A stretch of DNA of 64,000 nucleotides from assembly GCA_951406725.2 (NCBI GenBank), contig OX597816.1:164424001-164488000 (forward strand). The letters run 5' to 3'. The first letter of the stretch is position 1. The number at the start of each line of letters is the position of its first letter. The position numbers and the translations under genes were made by a program. The DNA is from Octopus vulgaris (taxonomy: Eukaryota). This document shows, one piece after another, positions 24,233-37,836 of this stretch. The notes beneath the pieces were generated by a model. That model ran no database searches. It was not told where the DNA came from and worked only from the letters and a program-made list of their open reading frames with translations.

Positions 24233-25846
24233 CTTATGACCAAAACCCTATTTTGCTGATGGGTAAACGACGGCGGAAGACCATAACTGAAGATGTGGAC
24301 AGTAGGAAGTCATCAGCTTCTGACACAATCACAAGTGGTAGTTCTTCAGACAGTAAACGTGCATCAAAGTCGAAATCTTCATCGTCCAGTGCGAAATCCA
24401 CTTCGTCCTCTTCGAAATCACAGATTAGAAAACAGCAAAAGCAACAGAAAAAACAGCAACACAAACAACAAAAGCAACAATCTCAGCTTCATTCCCCTCC
24501 TCCCCCAACTTCTACCACCCCTACATCAACTGCTTCTGGTTCTACGGCTCCAACGCCACGAGCACCGACACCACCTGCTGCAGTCCCTCAGGTGTTCAAA
24601 TTTGATTCCCTTGTGAAAACCCAGCACAAATCCAATGCGGATGTGAAAGCTAGAGGTTTCAAAGTACTGTCAACAGCAACATCTTCATCGTCTTCCTCTT
24701 CATCCTCATTATCATCATCAGCATCATCATCATCATCATCGTCATCTTCATTATCATTGATGCCCTCAACAGCCATGGGGTCGTCCAGTTCATCTGGTTT
24801 AGCAACTCAGACTGTCGTTTCAAATAACACTACCACGTGTCACAAATCAGCTGCTGCCACCGCCACTACCAGCGGCGCGGGCAATTCTTCCACGTCCACA
24901 TCTGCTGCTGCTTCCACAGCAGCAACAACCTTATTCAAGGATGCACTCCATCCGAAATACACCACCAATGCCAATTCTACAGAGATTGCACTCCAACGAA
25001 AACACAAAGGTCGTAAGGAACTGATGCCAGCACACTCTGTTCACCATCGTATACACTCACACAAGAGCTCACAGCAGAAGGACAAAATGAAAAAAGAAAA
25101 AAAATCCACGGCGTCAGTGTCGAAAGCAAATCGTTCTGGGCGTGATATGTCTTTGTCTTCAAACTGTGGTGAGAGCTTCTTATTCAATCATAAATGCGAA
25201 AAAAAAACGGTTTTGCCAAATTCTTCTAAAATAGTACCGAAAACTCCTAATTCCTCATTTTCAATTATCCGAGCCGCTTCATTCGATTACAAAACTAATG
25301 AGAGTGCCAAGTCTCTCAGTCATTCGCCTCCCGTTCCTTCTTCACTTTCCAATGCTGCAACTAATTCTTCAAAATCTCCATCTTCTTCGAGTTCTCCATC
25401 TTCTTCCTCTACCCCCACCTCAACTCCTACTGCCACTTTGTCTACTGCTACTTCTAATACAACTACCTCTTCTTCTTCTTCTTCTTCTTCCTCGTCATCC
25501 TCCACCCCCACTCCCACGCCTCCTCCTCCTTCATTTTCTTCTTCTTTTCCGGCAAGTTCTTTAACATCTTCAAATTCCACTTGCGCAAATACTCCTTCCG
25601 TTTCGGCCAGTGATCGTAGCATGGCCAGCAACGACAGTCCGTTCTGTCCGTCATTGCAACCAGATCTTAGTAGGCATCCTTCATCGAGCGACACTGACAG
25701 GTTTTGCTCTGTGCTAAAGCGAAAAGTTACTGAGAAAAATCTTGCAAAGGTTCAAAAGCCAGTTTCAAAGAGTTTGAAACATAACAGCAGCAAGCGGAAG
25801 GCGTCAGAAAGAACAATATCGTCAGAAAACAAAAGTAAAATCGCAG
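24233..25846 (+). CDS. TNRC18/BAHCC1: exon G (1614 nt, phase 1/1), Ser/Lys/Pro-rich low-complexity linker
   Basis: cttcttccttag|CT ... GCAG|gtacat. Lies within the 551-aa ORF 24214-25869. Ends ENKSKIA, which joins exon H to give the family motif [12 protein letters not shown]. Confidence 0.92.
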
Positions 25847-26217
25847 GTACATTTTTGATTTATCACTAAAACTCGCTAAACTGAGTGCATCTCCATGTGT
25901 GTGTGAATTCATTTCCGTACCTTACACAAACACATCTGTGCTAACACTCAGAGGAAAACATGCATACATACATAGACACACACATGCACATATACGTATA
26001 TAAACACATCTATGTTCACACACAAATACACACATACAGAGCAATGGCAATACACATACACAATCAGACACGAATACAGACGCACACACACATGCTGAGG
26101 AATTTGTACATATATATATATTCATACATATCTAATATAGGATAAAATTTTTTCGGAAAAAAATTTTATCAATGGCCAGCATATTAAAAAATGCCTTCAA
26201 AGGTTAAATTTATAAAC

Positions 26218-26340
26218 AACTTATAAATGAGGGCAAATGAAAAAAAAAATTTCTAATACCAAATATGCAGAAACTAGACACATTGTCCATAACCATATAA
26301 TTCATCAGAAATTTTTTATTTTGCCCTTGTTTATAAGTTA
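26218..26340. repeat. short imperfect inverted repeat (MITE-like)
   Basis: aacttataaatgagggcaaa..aaaaaatttct versus agaaattttttattttgcccttgtttataagtt. Confidence 0.5.
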
Positions 26341-26933
26341 TATTCATACATATATATATTCATGTATGTATGTGTGTGTGTGTATATATGTATGTATCTA
26401 ACAATTATCCAGTAAACACACACATGCATATAATTGCACACACACACACACACACACACTCAGACACAGAGCCATATATATATATATGTATACATACATG
26501 TATGTATATATATATATATTTATATATAACATGTGGGAATATAAGTGTGTGTTACAACATGCATATGAATGGATGTCACTTCAAGCATGTGTTTTTTATT
26601 TACATATATTGCAAAAAAAAAAAAAGTATTACACACCGCTATTTATTTTTGCGTGTTTAACTACTAATTTTTTATCTATCTGCAGCTTTATATATATATA
26701 TACATATATATGCATTAATCAACCAGCTTCATGCAACTTGTGTATAAATTGCATGGGTGTTGAATGCACACATCAATACATAATTTGTGCAAATGTTAAT
26801 GTCTTTCTGTGTCTACATATTTCTATGTACACAATATCTTTTGAGCAAAACAGAAGCTACTACATACACGCTATTAAACAAAGCTACACATATTCAGGTG
26901 CCTATGTATGTATGTAACCTATGTATGTATATA

Positions 26934-26976
<43 letters not shown>

Positions 26977-27039
26977 TTGTGTGTATGTACGAATGTATTT
27001 GTGTGTGTCTACGTACACTTTGCATACATTTATTTATAT

Positions 27040-27370
27040 ATCATCCAGTATTTTAAATCCGGGTGTTGTCCTCGTTAACAGGGGTGGCTGGATCTACCTC
27101 AATACCATGGCAACCAAGGTAGGCAGGTGCAGCCCACCCCAACCTTTGGGCTGGCTGGCTGGTGCCCATTCTCCTTTGCTGTCATAAGGCTTTTTGGGAG
27201 CTAGATTTTCTACAGGGAGCATACGCTTGCTTACCGCCTACCTCAGTTTCTAAACCTGAGTGGTCCCGAGACCAAGGCCTCTACCACAATTTTTAAGAAA
27301 TGTGGTGGAAAAGTAGCTCAGGAAGGCAGGGACACTACTCCCTAAGAACCCTTTCGGCGCCCCACTACCC
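27040..27370 (-). mobile_element. family-4 SINE-like interspersed repeat; opposite-strand copy at about 48770-49110
   Basis: The two copies align over about 320 bp (hence the near-identical spurious ORFs ...VGRCSPPQPLGWL). The 49 kb copy ends in (GAT)-type repeats. Confidence 0.75.
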
Positions 27371-27928
27371 ATATAATTTATATTAATATAACAAAGTTGC
27401 TTTGGCACGTGTTTCTTTGCTGCTTGACACTCAGTAAGTAAGGTTCTGTTTTCTGAAAAAATTATTTAGCTTTTAACCTACAAAAGATATCCTTTATGCC
27501 TTGTGTCATAAACTCTAACTTTAACAGAAAAAGAAGAAAAAAAAAATTATAAAACAACTGGCATTTTATTTGACCTGCGTAATCTCAGTCTAGTGTTTTA
27601 GCATACCGTAGCTTATTTTGTCCTGGAAGTACATTCTGCTTTCGCTCCGTTCGTTCTCTCGAGACTGACCTGATACCTACCGATTTTTTTTTTTTTCTTC
27701 CCTCCCCTTATAATGAAATTGATAGAACCTACATGGCTTGTGAAATATACATGAAGCTTTAAGAATATCTTAGTTTAAATGCAGTGTTTTTTGTGACTCC
27801 GCCCTACCCCAGTGAATGTCTGATAATTCAAAAGATGCTATTTTCTTTTAATAATAATAATAATAATCACCTTAACCTTTCTCTCTCTTTTTCTGTTACT
27901 CCCCCACTCGCTAAACATGCTTGTGTGA

Positions 27929-27965
<37 letters not shown>

Positions 27966-27967
<2 letters not shown>

Positions 27968-28218
27968 GGAGAAATTGTACAAAATGTATAAATAGATGAT
28001 GAGTAAAGCACTGGCACAGTTTCGATTACCGTGGATTTATTGCAGGAACTTCGTAGTGACACATGTTTCAACCCATTCTAGGTCTCTTCAGGTATATCGA
28101 TAAAAGGTCTCACTAGAGATTTCTTGAGTTGGCGTACCTGAAGAGACACAGAACGGGTTGAAACATGTGTTGTACCCAATTAAGTCTGTTACACATTCCA
28201 TCTCCTATTTTATTAATA
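27966..28218. mobile_element. Penelope-like remnant in (TA)n with inverted pair of hammerhead motifs
   Basis: Plus-strand CTGAAGA..GAAAC-ATGT-GTT at 28127-28181. Minus-strand CTGAAGA..GAAAC-ATGT-GTC at 28058-28094. Confidence 0.7.
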
Positions 28219-28849
28219 CTATATATATGTGTGTGTGTGTGTGTACACAAACAGCAACATTGAACAAGAGTAAGTGTTCAGGAGCATAGTTGGTGGATTA
28301 AGAGTACTACCAATGGTTTCATGCGGAAAATTAACATTTTTACCAACTTCCTCAAATGAAACACTTGAAAAGGGGCAAATTTTCCTAATCATTGAAATCA
28401 TTTGTATCACTGTTAATCCACAAATAAGGTATATTTATGTGTGTATAGGGACAACAAGAAAAACTAAACAAAGGATCAGACATTTTTATTTTTTTCCATT
28501 GTCACTTAACCCACTAATCCAATAATCCGACAATGTGGCTTGCCTGATTTGTGACCTCTGCTTTATGTTATGCATTAAACATATCACACCAGCATCATAT
28601 ATTGTGAAAAATTGCTTACATTGTTTTATTAATAAACAAAATGTGTGACACTGTAGTTAAGGTATCGGCTTCGTGGTCATAATGTTATGGGATCAGTTCC
28701 TGGAACAGGTAGTGCATTATGTCCTTGAGCAAGGGATTTCATTTTTACATTACTAAGCGGGAATTAACAAACAAAATGTTGGTTCAGCCCTTTCTCATCA
28801 TTATGCATTATGTAGCTTGTTATTCTCTTTAAGTGAACATTTTTCTGGT

Positions 28850-29123
28850 TGAAAAACACCGAAAAATGGCGACACAGCAGTCAAAAAATCATAAAAAATT
28901 GGGATTTTCGTAGAAAAAAAAAGCACCTTTTTGATGTAAATAATTTTTGGTGTTAATATGGTTCGATTTGAATTTTATCTTCTACGGAATGAAGAGCAAG
29001 CCTTCCTCTATCATGCTCTCAATTTTGGTCAACTTTTGCTGCAGGGTCTCAGACGAGATAATGTTAGTTGAAGGCTGCCAAACCTGCCATACACAGACAA
29101 CTTCAGCTTTATATATATAGAGA
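28850..29123 (-). mobile_element. non-autonomous Helitron-like 5' part
   Basis: Minus strand starts a|tctctatatatataaagctgaagttgtctgtg. The 3' end is not resolved. Confidence 0.4.
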
Positions 29124-30649
29124 TTGACTATGCACCTACATGTGTATGTGGGTATACACGTAAGAACTCTAAATACATGATGGACAGAACAGGAAGATGG
29201 TATTATTCTGTCAGTTGGTATCTGAATTATTACAGGAAAGTATAAAATGGGTGCCGAGATGGAGTGGCATATCTAAAAAGCAAACCATGCAATTTGTCAG
29301 CTTTTATGTATATTAGGGCCAGTTATGTGGCTGTTTTTCACATTCATGTTTACAAAAGCTCGTGGCTCTTCTCTCCCAGAGAAAAAAAAAAGGCCTACCA
29401 AAAAAATCTTTTGAAGTCGGTCTCCCCAAAACTATTGTGGTGAAATGACAAAAAAAATATATATATATTGTACTCACACTTAGAGTTTTCAAGATTAAAA
29501 CGTGCAAAATATATGACTATATATATAAATACTTACAGATGTATTTACATAAATACGATATATATATTTATATGTATATATACATGGTTTTGTATGTGCA
29601 TACATGCACGTGTTTTGTATGGCTGTTCACAGACACAAAGCATATACAGAGATGTATGTGTGTGTGCGTGTATGTATTGCCACATATGCATACTTACTCA
29701 CCATAGATATGTATACATGTATTTTTATGCTTATGCATAGCTCTTGTACATATATTTGGTTTGCAGTTCCTTAACTAACATAATGACAACCATTTGTGTA
29801 GTTTTATCTCTGGAGAACTATTGATCTTACCGTAGTCACTTAGAGTTGTTTCCTAGTTTACCATTTACACATTCTTCCATTTGATTCTAGCAACAAGTCC
29901 ATATTGAGAGCTGGCTCTTTGAATTCCTTCACAGTTAGGCTACAATTGCGGTTTTCCAATTGGTCAATTGACCTAGTTATTTTCCTTTTTTTTTTTTTTT
30001 CATTTCTTATTTTTTTACCTATTCTTTTTATCTTGTCATTGAAGCCAAATCTCTGCTCATTTTGCAATCAAGATCCCTACTCTATAATATAACTTGTCTT
30101 ACACCAGCCACTGATTCCCCAAATACTGGATGATAATGGTCAATAATTTGGTGGGGGAGTTTTTCGGTACATTTTTTTATTGAAATCTGAAAAAAAAAAA
30201 AATCAACATAATAGTTATTTATTCTATATTTTTTAATCAATAAGACTAGAAGAATTATGGTCATAACCAGGCAACAGTTGAGCTTAGATTTTGTAACCAA
30301 GCAACCATGTTAGGAAGAAAAAAATTCAGTCAACTATTGTTAGTTTTTCTGTTCTAAACTAGATTGGTATCTGCCATTCTTAGATTTATTTATTTATTTT
30401 TACCTCAATTTCCTTTGATCTACAATATCCACTTTTCCCTCTCTCTCTCCCTCGCCCTTCTCTCTCCCTCTCTCTATTGCATTTTATTTTATCTAATTCC
30501 ATCCATTTTTTTTCACTCCTTTAGTTCTTATCTGTCTCCCCTCCCCCAACTCCTTTTCCACCTCTTCCACTTTTTTCTTATTCACTCCCAGCAGTTTTGT
30601 TTTTTCAGATTTTTGTCTAACCATCCTTTTGCTTTCCTTTGCCTTTCAC

Positions 30650-30661
30650 TCTATTTGTCTG

Positions 30662-30718
<57 letters not shown>

Positions 30719-30725
30719 TTGTCTG

Positions 30726-30803
<78 letters not shown>

Positions 30804-30824
30804 ACCACTCTCTATCTCTATCTG

Positions 30825-30880
<56 letters not shown>

Positions 30881-30900
30881 ACCACTCTCTATCTGTATCT
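30650..30900. repeat. (TATC)n microsatellite
   Basis: Direct reading. Source of the YLSI ORFs. Confidence 0.95.
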
Positions 30901-31239
30901 GTCCTTCTATCTATCCAATATATATATCAATATATATACATATCATCATCATTTTTGTCTGTTTTTTTCATGCTGGCATGGGTTGGATAGTTTCATCGCT
31001 CTCCTTATCATCAAACCAGCCCAGCCAACTCTGCGGCACTAGGAACATTCTTATACAAGAAAATTACAGGCTCCCTTCTACTACACGTCCGAATTTATTC
31101 ATTCAAGAGTTATGACCCTTCTAGACAGACAACCTATGAAGGTGGCTTACAGAGTCTGTGTCTCTTGTGTTCAATTCTGGTATCTTTTCTACAATTGGAT
31201 GCCCTTCACAGTAACAGAGAAGACCTATACAGAGTACAT

Positions 31240-31293
31240 ACATATATAATATATGTATACATGCATATATATGTATGTATATATGTAAGTCTA

Positions 31294-31330
<37 letters not shown>

Positions 31331-31830
31331 TCATGTGAATATGTGTGTATATGTATGTATATATATATATATATAATGTGCATATATATATATGCGTATA
31401 TGTATGTGTATATATATATGTGCGTATATGTGTATATATGCATATATGTATGTATATATGTATGTATATATGCATATATGTATGTGTATATATATATATG
31501 CATATATGTATGTGTATATATGTATATATATGCATATATGTATGTGTATATATGTATATATATGCATATATGTATGTGTATATATGTATATATATGCATA
31601 TATGTATGTGTATATATGTATATATATGCATATATGTATGTGTATATATGTGTATATATGTATATATATGTATGTGTATGTATGTGTATAATGTATATAT
31701 ATATTTTGCACATTATATATATATAGATAGATACAAAGATACACACATACATAAGCATATATTATATATATAATGTGCATATGTGTGTATGTATATATAT
31801 ACATGCATATGTATGTGTGTATGTATATAT
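31240..31830. repeat. compound TA/TG satellite with a 30-bp period in its core
   Basis: tatatatgcatatatgtatgtgtatatatg repeated at about 31490-31650. Confidence 0.9.
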
Positions 31831-32100
31831 GCATGCATCTTGTCTATCTCTGTAGCTGTCTCAGATATCCAATCTGATATTAGTGTTTCACTTACAATGA
31901 ATGTGGTTTTATTGCATTTTCCCCCCAACAGGTCTTTTTTGATTCCATGCAATATTTGACATTTTTATGTAAACTCTTTCTTTCTTTGTTTTTTTTTTCT
32001 TCTTCCTTTCTCTTTCTCATCCATTCCATTACCATGGTTACATGTTATGTTATTTCTCAGGGTTTTTGTCTTTGTATCTTTGTATGAATATGTTTACATC

Positions 32101-32116
32101 ATTATGTATATATAAT

Positions 32117-32170
<54 letters not shown>

Positions 32171-32551
32171 ATATATGTATATATAATATATGTATATATA
32201 TATATGTATATATAATATATATATATATATGTATATATAATATATATATAATATATGTATATATAATATATATATAATATATGTATATATAATATATGTA
32301 TATATAATATATATATAATATATGTATATATAATATATGTATATATAATATATGTATATATAATATATGTATATATAATATATATATTATATATGTATAT
32401 ATAATATATATATAATATATGTATATATAATGTATATATAATATAATATATATATATGTATATATATGTATATATAATGTATATATAATATATGTATATA
32501 TAATATATGTATATATAATATATGTATATATATATATATATATAATATATG

Positions 32552-32598
<47 letters not shown>
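32101..32598. repeat. TA-rich minisatellite (15-bp tatgtatatataata units plus (TA)n)
   Basis: Direct reading. Confidence 0.93.
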
Positions 32599-32602
<4 letters not shown>

Positions 32603-33683
32603 GACACACACGCGATGTGTATGTGTGTGTACATACATGTGCATGCACACATGTACACATGTATCTCTCGAAAACTTTATAATCTCTTCATGTTGTCAAA
32701 TTGTGAAATGTTGTACCAATATTGTCTTTTTTTTTTCCTTGTCGCTTTGTCTTGGTTGTGATTGTCGTTGTTGTTGTTATTTCATTATAATTTGTAATTC
32801 AACCTCATCAATCAAAGAACCAATCCTCACTGAAACCATTCTTTCATATTCTGGCAAGTCATTTTTCCTTCAATCATTAATCATTATTCACTGCTACTGT
32901 TGTATCTTCCATATTGGCTGATTGTTGTTGTTTAGTCTTCTTCCTGGTTTTTATATTTTGTGTTAATCACCCTTAATCATCCCATATAAAGGTTTTTTTA
33001 ATTTTGTGTTAATCACCCTCAGTCATCCCACATAAAGGATTTTTTATTTTTGTTATTTCATTACTAGTGTTTGTCCCGTCATTTGACAACCAATGTTGGT
33101 TTGTTTACATTCTCATAAACTTAGCAGTTTGGCAAAAGTGCCTGGTTGAATAAGTACCAGATTTCAAAAAACGGAAAACGAATACTGTCATTGATTTGTT
33201 GATTAAAACCTTTTAGGTCAGTGCCCCAGCAGGACCTTACTCCAATGACTTTTACAAGTAAAAACAATGTTTTAGAAATACCATAATCTCATTCCTTTCC
33301 AATTTCAATCCCTACAAATTCTTCTTCCCAACTTCTTTTTTAAACCCTTCTATTTTCCACCCCCTTTCAATTATCAAACTGATCTGGCTCTATTTAATCA
33401 ATATAATTTAATCATTATATAGGCTTTTGTGAAGATAATAAATAATAATCCCTTCTACTAAAAGTACAAGGCCTGAAATTATGGGGGAAGGGACTAGTTG
33501 ATTACATCAACCCCAGCGTTTCACTGGTACTTAATTTATCAACCCTGAAAGGGCAAAAGGCAAAGCCGACCTTAGCAGAATTTGAACTCAGATCATGCAG
33601 ATGGGTAAAATTCCATTAAGCATTTTGCCCAGCATGCTAATGATTCTGCCAGCTCACCACAATAATAATAATAATAATAATAA

Positions 33684-34062
33684 TGCAGTACCAGACAATG
33701 GCTCTAATGGCTTCTGATCTTAACTGATTGGAAGTGTTATCATATATATTGTTTTACCTTAGTAGAAAAGATGGGCTACAGCAAATATTCTGCTCAATAT
33801 CACAGATTTGCTTGTCAGTTCCTTGACTGAAGCTAGGTCAGCATGTCCCTTAGTGGTCAATGACAGGTGCATTCTAACTGGGCCCCAACAGCATTGTTAT
33901 GCGCAGTTTATCTTGATATAATATCACCATGTCGCACACATATCGTTATGATGCATGTGCCTGGTGTACCTTTATCAAACAGGTAGTCATGATGAGTATA
34001 CTGGGCTTCGTATATTTTACCCCAGTGTCACTTTGATGGCATGCACTGCTCTCTCACTCAGT
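33684..34062 (+). mobile_element. non-coding retroposon-like repeat embedded in (AAT)n; second copy at about 60200-60610
   Basis: Shared 3' about 190 bp ending ...ctctctcactca(g/a)taa + (AAT)n. The 33.8 kb copy lacks about 170 bp that is present in the 60 kb copy. Confidence 0.75.
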
Positions 34063-34071
34063 AATAATAAC

Positions 34072-34105
<34 letters not shown>

Positions 34106-34296
34106 TTAATAATGGTTTCAAATTTTGGCACAAGGCCAGAAAATTCAAGGGATGGGGTATGTCGATTGCATTGACCCTAGTGATCAACTGCTACTTCACT
34201 TTATCGATCCCGAAAGGATGAAACACAAAGCCATCCTTGGCAGAATTTGTCTCAATCATATCTAATTAAAAAATAGGATTCTTTAAACCTGAAATG

Positions 34297-34682
34297 AAGT
34301 GACTCACAACAATTCTTCACTTATGAACCTCTTTGAGTACTAATTTATTCTGATGGAGCCCCCTTGCCATTCGAGTAGCTCACAACAATTCTTCACCCAC
34401 AGACCTCTTTGAGTACTAGTTTATTCTGATGGAGCCCCCAAAACCATTCGAGTAGCTCACAACAATTCTTCACCCACAGACCTCTTTGAGTACTAATTTA
34501 TTCTGATGGAGCCCCCATAGCCATTCAAGTAGCTCACAACAATTCTTCACCCACAGACCTCTTTGAGTACTAGTTTATTCTGATGGAGCCCCCATAGCCA
34601 TTCAAGTAGCTCACAACAATTCTTCACCCACAGACCTCTTTGAGTACTAGTTTATTCTGATGGAGCCCCTATAACCATTCAA
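34297..34682. repeat. 5 x 76-77-bp tandem repeat
   Basis: ctcacaacaattcttcac recurs at 34303, 34379, 34456, 34533 and 34610. Confidence 0.95.
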
Positions 34683-34689
34683 TGTTTAA

Positions 34690-34910
34690 CCCTTTATCAT
34701 TTAAACCGGCCATATCCAGCTAAAAGTATTCCGCCTGTTTTATGTTCAAACTGGCCAGATCTGGTCTCTCACACCAACCCTACAATATCGTTTTAAAAAT
34801 TAACAGCTACCTCATCAAAATCTCATAGCTACAAGATAATGCATGATTAGTTCAAAACAATGTGGATGAAAAAGCATTAATTTTGGCAGAATAATGCGAA
34901 CACTAAAGGG
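34690..34910. mobile_element. second-family piggyBac-type MITE
   Basis: TTAA|cccttta ... taaaggg|TTAA. Related partial copies near 13800 and 18590-18775. Confidence 0.75.
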
Positions 34911-37123
34911 TTAAAAACTAATTTTATAGAAGCTTCTTTCAAAATTCCTTATTTTGTTTGTTGCACATTCCCTCGTGTAGGTACAACTGTGTAAAAACAT
35001 TAGAGAAAGAATCCTAGTTGTTTCTTGCAATAAATACATCTAAAGCCAAAAATTTTTACTTGGTCCTTCACTATTTTACTTGCATGGACACCCCCCCTCC
35101 AAGAATCTTATATAAACCCCCAGGGCTCATATGGCCCCAGGTTGAGAACCACTGGTCTAAGACAGCAACATTTTCATAACCATCAACATTATCATCATCA
35201 GTAGCAGCATCATTACCATTTTTTATCATCATGTAGATTACCGTTATCTTTTGGTGTATTCTAATTCCATTCTGCAGGAATTTATTTATTTTTAATATCC
35301 AAAATATTTAATATTCTCTCTGTCTCTCTTTCATTTTCTCTTTCACACACACACACACACACACCACATTCTCGCTTTTTTTCTCTCTTTCTCATTATGT
35401 CCTTCTTTCTCTCCCAATCGTCTGTTCCTCTTCTAATTCTATGCCATTTAGATTAGCAAGAAGAAAAATGTCAGGCCCCCACCCCACCCCACCTTTGGTC
35501 AATAAACTGGTTTTGTTTTTTTTTTATCTTGGAGAGATTAACTCCCTGACATTTAGAGACAAGTGATAAACTCGGCATTAATCTACTGGGCCTCTTTCTC
35601 CTTTACCTCCTCCTCCTCCTCCTCTCCTGATATATTTTACCAGGAAGTCATACAAGAAAATATCTCTTGTAATCACTCTTCACTCTGAGTGTCTTATTGG
35701 TCATTGTAGTCAGAGAATGATTTCCAAAATAGCACCAGCTTCAAATTGGAAAGAATTTGAAGCATCCTTAAAAAAATTCACTTGTGTGCTGTTTGTCTGT
35801 CTGTCTCTCTCTCCCTCCTATCTCTTTTTTAGAAATAACACATACACACACACACATCCATTATCTACATAATTTATTAATTTTATTGTCTTGCTCTTCT
35901 TTTCCTCTTTCCCTCCTTTTAATTCTGCCTCTTTCTCTCTCTCTCTTCCTTCTCAGCTTTTCTTCCAGTTTATTCTTTTATCCTCTCTAACACACACACA
36001 CACACCTATGTGTGTGTGTGGCGATACTGATATATATATATATATATAGATACACATATTTAAGTTTACTTCTCTGTGTGTATGTATGTACACACAGTCA
36101 CATTATAGCTGTGGTTGGAAATAACTCTGAATACAGGAAATCAGAGCCTTTCAGTTATAATTTATTAAAAAATACTCTATATGTGTATTGAGCCCTCTTA
36201 TATACCTCTTCTGGAGAATAAACAAATCTCTCTCTCTCTTTCCCTCTCTCTATATATATGTATGTGAGTTGAGTGAAAGAAGAAAAATCTGGTTTCCTTT
36301 GATAAAATAATAAATTACTAAAAATAATAAACTTATTTCAGTTTCTTCTTTTAAAATATAAATTAACACTTGTTTTGACTTTAACAATAGAATGGCCCAT
36401 AAAAGCAATTCTTTTCCAAAAATTAAAAATTTTCTAATTAGATACTGCTTCTGTTGTTGTTGTTGTTGTGCTCGTTACTGTAACAACTGTTTCTCGCCTT
36501 CTTTTCTGCTGCCACTGTAACCTTTGCCATTGTTGTTGGTGTTTCTCTTATTAATATTCTCCTTCTTAATATTATTGTTGCTGTTTTTGTTATTGCTTAT
36601 TTATGATCTTGTTAAACAATTGTCGTTATGCTTTTTGTTGTTGTTATTGTTGTTGCTTTCACTTACTACTACTACTACTACTATCATCAGCAAGTATTGT
36701 TGTATCTTAATAGTAATAATAATAATAATAATAATACTTATGATAGTGCCAAGGCTACCTATTTTATTTGCTGTTGTCAATGCTGTTATTATTGCAGTTG
36801 TGGCTGACCATTATTGTCTTTTCATCAAAGTTCTTCATTGCTATGTTACTACCGTGATCACCACCACTTACACTAATTATTACCTATAATACAATCATTA
36901 TTCCTTGTAATGCTACTACTTAATGATATACCATTGTCATTAATATGGCTATGATTGTCTACCATCACCACCAAAACCTTTCATCTCAACTATTGCTATC
37001 TCTACTTATCCTATTCTCTGTCCTTACGACACACCTTAGTTCAATCATCATAATAATGTTTGCTGGCAGCATCATTAAGATTAATTTTTGAATGTGGTGT
37101 TATTTATTCTAACTATTAGTATA

Positions 37124-37671
37124 CTAGCTGAGGTACCCTGTAAAAATATTGCTGTTAATAAGATGTCTGTTGATAGCCACGAAACATCTTTTGTTAAATT
37201 TTAGTATTTTTTAAAAATTTAAAATCTATATTAATGGGTAGGACCAATTTGACAAAAAAAGGAGCAGATTCTGGTAGCAAACCCATGTTGTTATTTTTGT
37301 GCATGTATGCAAAATGGCAAAATGTTATGCTTTGGGATAGATTTCATCAAATTGGTGTCGCAACAGCTAGTGCACAAAATGCCTAAATTTTGCTTGAGAA
37401 ATAAAATGGTCTTACCTAATCAAAACCTGAAATGCTAGGGAATTTAAACAGCGAATTGAAATAAGTTTTAGCAAATCAAAACAATTTGCGTTGAAATGAA
37501 GAATTAGCAAATGCTAAATAGATTACCTTTAATAAGATGTCGTATGATAGCCATGAAATATTTTTCATCAAATTTTGGCATTTTTCATCAAATTGATGTT
37601 ACGAAGGCAATTATGAAAAATGCTGAAATTTTACGATTTTTGAAAAAAAATTGATGCTGATTAAAAATCGA

Positions 37672-37703
<32 letters not shown>

Positions 37704-37836
37704 CCAAGTGCATAAGTGACTGCATGGACATAAGCCCCACACATGTGTTAAGTTTCAAAAAGGTCTGTTGGATAGTCTTGGAGGAGTTTAAGTAACAAAT
37801 TCACAAACACACAGACTTCCCATTTATTATTATAGA
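37124..37836 (-). mobile_element. non-autonomous Helitron
   Basis: Minus strand A|TCTATAATAATAAA ... cagCTAG|T: canonical 5' TC, 3' CTAG, insertion between A and T, no TSD. Confidence 0.7.

Noticed and set aside
30364-32660. Many 100-200-aa YLSI/YIYI ORFs
   Set aside because: (TATC)n and TA-rich satellites. The same applies to most ORFs at 26-27 kb and 52-54 kb.
34297-34682. Regularly spaced repeats resembling a CRISPR array
   Set aside because: Whole 77-bp units repeat with no unique spacers. No cas genes; eukaryotic intron.
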